Source: Deinococcaceae bacterium (lineage in GTDB: Bacteria > Deinococcota > Deinococci > Deinococcales > Trueperaceae). Taken from it: a stretch of 11,852 bases of DNA. The notes under the pieces were generated by a model. It was not told where the DNA came from. It saw nothing but the letters and a program-made list of their open reading frames with translations, and ran no database searches. Made by a program: the position numbers and the translations under genes. Positions 8,483 to 11,852 of this stretch are shown here, in pieces (the first letter of the stretch is position 1; each line of letters starts with the position of its first letter). The stretch spans positions 1 to 11,852 of the forward strand of contig JBDZWC010000096.1 of NCBI GenBank assembly GCA_040256005.1. Reading direction: 5' to 3'.

Positions 8483-8590
8483 GAACAGCCTCCTCTCGCG
8501 GGCGGCGTCCACCGGCCTTCGCTTAAGGTTCGAAACCGTCTTGGTTCCAGCGCTTTGGAATCGAACGCCAATCCGCACTTCTCACGACGA

Positions 8591-8599
8591 ATCGTAGCA
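8591..8599 (-). promoter_or_regulatory. Extended -10 promoter (TGcTACGAT) upstream of gabT, implying a leader of about 100 nt
   Basis: Minus strand TGCTACGAT is the best TANNNT match I found upstream of gabT. Confidence 0.5.
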
Positions 8600-8679
8600 C
8601 GTGTCGCGTTCCTCACCGACGCATGCGCACGGGTATCCCGCCCCCTCGTCACGCACCTTAGGTGACCGGTCGCTCCCCG

Positions 8680-8685
8680 TACCAT
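8680..8685 (+). promoter_or_regulatory. -10 box (TACCAT), probable leaderless promoter of the RsmJ-like gene
   Basis: TACCAT-CGGGC-GTG(8691), in frame with the methyltransferase ORF. Confidence 0.55.
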
Positions 8686-8690
8686 CGGGC

Positions 8691-9530
8691 GTGGACGGTC
8701 GTGGCGGCGCGCTCTCACTGGCGATCGAGGCCGAGGATCCGGACCTGCTGACGCGGGCTCACGAACTGGCGGCGCGCCTGGGCGTCACCAGCGTGACGGT
8801 CGCGGGGAGCGCCTCGGGAGGGATGGAGGGCTCGGGGCAGCGGACGCGTGGTCGGTCGCGGCCCGTCGCGGACGCGGGGGAGACGGCAGGGAGACTCGTC
8901 CTGAGCGTGGGTCGCGACGGCCTCACCCTGCGGTCGGGGACCGGGCCCGCGGTGGGCGCCAGCCGGTCGGCGCTGGTGCCGCCCAAGGGACACGGTCCCG
9001 ATCCACTGTGGCGCGCCGTGCTGGGGGGCGAGTACGCGGTCGTGGACGCTACCGCCGGCCTGGGCGGCGACGGGTTCCACCTGGCCGCGAGGGGCGCCCA
9101 GGTCACGATGATCGAGCGCTCCTTGGTGGTGGCCGCCCTGCTCGAGGACGCCTTGCGCGCGGCAGCGGCCGGCGCCCTGGGTCCCGAGGCGGCGCAGGCC
9201 GCGGCGCGGGTCCGTCTGGTGGTCGGCGACGCCCGCGACGTGCTGCGGGCCGGCGCGCTGCCGGCGCGGGAGACGGCGGTCGTCTACCTCGACCCGATGT
9301 TCCACGCCGCCGGCCGCAGGTCCTTGCCGCCGAAGGGCATGGCCCTCTTCAGGGCGTTGCTGGGCCCGGACGACGTAGGCGGCGAGGACCTCCTGAGGGC
9401 CGCTCGCGAGGTCGCCTCGCGTCGCGTTGTAGTCAAGCGCCATCTGAGGTCACCGGTTCTGGGCGCCGCCCGGCCCAGCGGTGAGATCCGGGGCCGGTCG
9501 GTCAGGTACGACCTGTACGCGCCGTTATGA
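8691..9530 (+). CDS. rsmJ: RsmJ-like class I SAM-dependent methyltransferase (16S rRNA m2G1516 family)
   Basis: VVDATAGLGGDG.HLA; MIERS.VVAALL.DAL; VVYLDPMF; RRVVVKR; C-terminal RYDLY. These are RsmJ/YhiQ-family motifs. Start placed at GTG 8691; the track's 8601 is the alternative. Confidence 0.8.
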   Translation: MDGRGGALSLAIEAEDPDLLTRAHELAARLGVTSVTVAGSASGGMEGSGQRTRGRSRPVADAGETAGRLVLSVGRDGLTLRSGTGPAVGASRSALVPPKGHGPDPLWRAVLGGEYAVVDATAGLGGDGFHLAARGAQVTMIERSLVVAALLEDALRAAAAGALGPEAAQAAARVRLVVGDARDVLRAGALPARETAVVYLDPMFHAAGRRSLPPKGMALFRALLGPDDVGGEDLLRAAREVASRRVVVKRHLRSPVLGAARPSGEIRGRSVRYDLYAPL

Positions 9531-9548
9531 TGCCTGAGTGGTGATCCG

Positions 9549-10376
9549 GTGAGCGAGGAGCGCGTCCCACACGTGAAGCGCGTCGCCGTCGTAGGGGCCG
9601 GGCTGATGGGCAGTGGCATCGCGGCGGTGCTGGCAGCGTCAGGGTACGAGGTCAGCCTGGCGGACACGTCCGCGGCCGCGCTGGAGCGCGCTCAGGCGCG
9701 TGCGAGCAAGCTGTCTGGTGCGAGTGGCGCCGGTGCGCTCAGCCTCCACGCGGAGGTGGAGGAAGCGGTGGCGAGCGCCGACCTGGTGATCGAGGCCGTG
9801 CCCGAGCTGCTCGACCTCAAGCGCGAGCTGTTCGGTCGCATCGATGCCGCCGCGCCCGCCGCGGCGTACCTGGCCACCAACACGAGCGAGCTGTCGGTCA
9901 CAGCGATCGCGGCCGCGACGTCGAGACCGGAGCGGGTCGCGGGGATGCACTGGTTCAACCCCCCGGAGCGCATGCGGCTCGTCGAGGTCGTGAGGGCGGT
10001 CCGGACGTCCGCGGAGACGCTGGCGGTCGTCTCCGCCGTGGCCGAGGCCTGCGGCAAGACCGTGGTGACGGTCGAGGACCGGCAGGGCTTCGTCACCACG
10101 CGCGTCGTTGCCGCAGTCCTGTTGGAGGGCGCGCGGCTGCTGGAGGAAGGCGTCGCCTCGAAGGAGGACATCGATGCCGCCGTACGCTTGGGCCTCAATC
10201 ACCCCATGGGCCCGCTCGAGCTAGCCGACTACATCGGCCTCGACACCGTGCTGCTGATAGCCGATGCCATGACCGAGGCCTACGGCGACAGGTTCAGGCC
10301 GCCTCAGGGCCTGCGCAAGCTCGTCGAGGCGGGGAAGCTGGGTCGCAAGTCGGGCGGCGGCTACTACGACGCCTGA
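9549..10376 (+). CDS. hbd: 3-hydroxyacyl-CoA (3-hydroxybutyryl-CoA) dehydrogenase
   Basis: VAVVGAGLMGSGIA; DLVIEAVPE; ATNTSELS; catalytic GMHWFNPP...LVEVV; GFVTTR; GLNHPMGPLELADYIGLD; G.LGRKSG.GYY. Confidence 0.9.
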   Translation: MSEERVPHVKRVAVVGAGLMGSGIAAVLAASGYEVSLADTSAAALERAQARASKLSGASGAGALSLHAEVEEAVASADLVIEAVPELLDLKRELFGRIDAAAPAAAYLATNTSELSVTAIAAATSRPERVAGMHWFNPPERMRLVEVVRAVRTSAETLAVVSAVAEACGKTVVTVEDRQGFVTTRVVAAVLLEGARLLEEGVASKEDIDAAVRLGLNHPMGPLELADYIGLDTVLLIADAMTEAYGDRFRPPQGLRKLVEAGKLGRKSGGGYYDA

Positions 10377-10416
10377 GCCCGTCCCGGACCTTGGGGTCCG
10401 ACCGGTTCCGCGCGCC

Positions 10417-10443
10417 AAGGAAAGACGCCCCCGAAGGGGCGCC
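10417..10443 (-). terminator. Intrinsic terminator of the tRNA-Gln transcript(s)
   Basis: Minus strand GGCGCCCC-TTCG-GGGGCGTC (cUUCGg tetraloop) followed by TTTCCTT, immediately after the tRNA CCA. Confidence 0.85.
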
Positions 10444-10444
10444 A

Positions 10445-10518
10445 TGGCTGGCCCACAGGGATTCGAACCCCGACCGACCGGACCAAAACCGGGTGTCCTG
10501 CCGTTAGACGATGGGCCA
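10445..10518 (-). tRNA. tRNA-Gln (anticodon UUG)
   Basis: TGGCCCA/TGGGCCA acceptor stem, D arm, anticodon loop TT-TTG-GT, T loop TTCGAAT, encoded GCCA end; 74 nt. Confidence 0.96.
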
Positions 10519-10569
10519 CCGTCCTGGGCCTGTCGCGGCCCCCGCGCGCATGTGAACGCGCGGGTCACC

Positions 10570-10578
10570 AGTCTATCA
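10570..10578 (-). promoter_or_regulatory. Extended -10 (TGaTAGACT) upstream of tRNA-Gln(UUG)
   Basis: TGnTANNNT in the spacer between the two tRNA-Gln genes, about 50 nt before the 5' end of the UUG copy. Confidence 0.45.
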
Positions 10579-10605
10579 ACCGGCGCGCCCGCGCGTTCGT
10601 TCGCT

Positions 10606-10679
10606 TGGCTGGCCCACAGGGACTCGAACCCCGACCGACGGAACCAGAATCCGTTGTCCTGCCATTAGACGATGGGCCA
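10606..10679 (-). tRNA. tRNA-Gln (anticodon CUG)
   Basis: Same acceptor stem as the UUG copy; anticodon arm ACGGA-TT-CTG-GT-TCCGT; T loop TTCGAGT; encoded GCCA end; 74 nt. Confidence 0.97.
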
Positions 10680-10691
10680 ACGGCAAACTCG

Positions 10692-10721
10692 AGCTTACGA
10701 ACCCGGTGGGTCACGAGTCAA
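10692..10721 (-). promoter_or_regulatory. Sigma70-type promoter for tRNA-Gln(CUG): TTGACT-N18-TAAGCT
   Basis: -35 at 10721-10716 and -10 at 10697-10692, ending 12 nt before the tRNA 5' end. Confidence 0.7.
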
Positions 10722-10770
10722 CCGGCGCGGCGACGAGATCGCGCGCCGCGCCCGGCGCCGCCCGAGCGGT

Positions 10771-10776
10771 TATACT
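10771..10776 (+). promoter_or_regulatory. -10 box (TATACT) for tRNA-Ser
   Basis: Isolated AT-rich TANNNT in very GC-rich DNA, about 54 nt upstream of the tRNA. Confidence 0.6.
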
Positions 10777-10829
10777 GGCGGGCGCCCGCGGGCGGTGGAT
10801 CTTCGCGTCGCGCGCGCACTGGAACCTGA

Positions 10830-10920
<91 letters not shown>

Positions 10921-10923
10921 AGC

Positions 10924-10946
10924 GAGCCGCCCCTGACGGGCGGCTC
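10924..10946 (+). terminator. Hairpin directly after tRNA-Ser (terminator or processing stem)
   Basis: GAGCCGCCC-CTGAC-GGGCGGCTC is a perfect 9-bp stem, but the tail (ATCGATT) is only weakly U-rich. Confidence 0.6.
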
Positions 10947-11010
10947 ATCGATTGCGGCCCACAGCGGGGTCCCGTACCACCGCCTGGCCGCACGGAAGGC
11001 GCCATAGCCC

Positions 11011-11637
<627 letters not shown>

Positions 11638-11654
11638 GTTTCATGGTGCGGCCG

Positions 11655-11660
11655 TATCAT
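11655..11660 (+). promoter_or_regulatory. -10 box (TATCAT), probable leaderless promoter of the gene after upp
   Basis: TATCAT-CGCTGAC-GTG(11668). Confidence 0.6.
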
Positions 11661-11667
11661 CGCTGAC

Positions 11668-11852
11668 GTGCAGAAGGCGCTCGTCTCGTACCTCCCGCTC
11701 GTCGTCGTCACCTTCGCCGTGGCGCTGGCCGCGGTGGCGGGCTTGGTGCCGCATGTGCGGGCGTTCGCACATCGCATCCGAGCCCTGCAGGACGGCGGCA
11801 CGCAGCATGGCGGCGGCGTCAGGCAGCACTCTGGCGCCGTGCCGAACATCGG
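11668..11852 (+). CDS. Probable MraY/WecA/TagO-family polyprenyl-phosphate sugar-1-phosphate transferase (N-terminus only)
   Basis: Manual translation: MQKALVSYLPLVVVTFAVALAAVAGLVPHVRAFAHRIRALQDGGTQHGGGVRQHSGAVPNIG. It has a TM helix, P.VR.FA.R and an R.H...P..G(G) motif typical of WecA/TagO N-termini, and sits after upp, a common neighbourhood for this family. Truncated, so absent from the ORF track. Confidence 0.7.
   Translation, partial: MQKALVSYLPLVVVTFAVALAAVAGLVPHVRAFAHRIRALQDGGTQHGGGVRQHSGAVPNI

Noticed and set aside
6189..10376. Rhodanese + gabT + methyltransferase + hbd as a single novel pathway cluster
   Set aside because: The genes alternate in orientation, have separate candidate promoters and a terminator between them, and each has an ordinary standalone role. 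Nothing in the sequence links them.
10385..10400. Hairpin CGGACC-TTGG-GGTCCG after hbd as a terminator
   Set aside because: The stem is only 6 bp with no U tract, and the stronger UUCG hairpin nearby can explain termination.

Overview
High-GC bacterial core-genome window, most likely Deinococcota (Trueperaceae-like). That assignment is inferred from the gene set and from repeated leaderless TANNNT-N5-7-start promoters. The left end is a minus-strand operon: an atypical SDR-fold protein with a long acidic tail, then nrdR, then an RsmF/NOP2-type m5C rRNA methyltransferase that runs off the left edge and is missing from the ORF track. Next come bactofilin, accD, accA (+); rpe (-); a tandem-domain rhodanese (+); gabT (-); an RsmJ-like methyltransferase and a 3-hydroxyacyl-CoA dehydrogenase (+); tRNA-Gln(UUG) and tRNA-Gln(CUG) (-); tRNA-Ser(CGA) (+); upp; and the start of a MraY/WecA/TagO-family transferase. 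I see no mobile element, CRISPR array or defence island. The best candidates for undescribed biology are: (1) an apparently catalytically degenerate SDR with a 138-aa tail that is about one-third D/E, translationally coupled to nrdR; (2) a structured gabT leader with mutually exclusive pairings and a possible leaderless 20-aa uORF; (3) an 11-codon ORF linking the nrdR stop to the rsmF start through two GTGA overlaps. All three are hypotheses from reading the sequence by eye.
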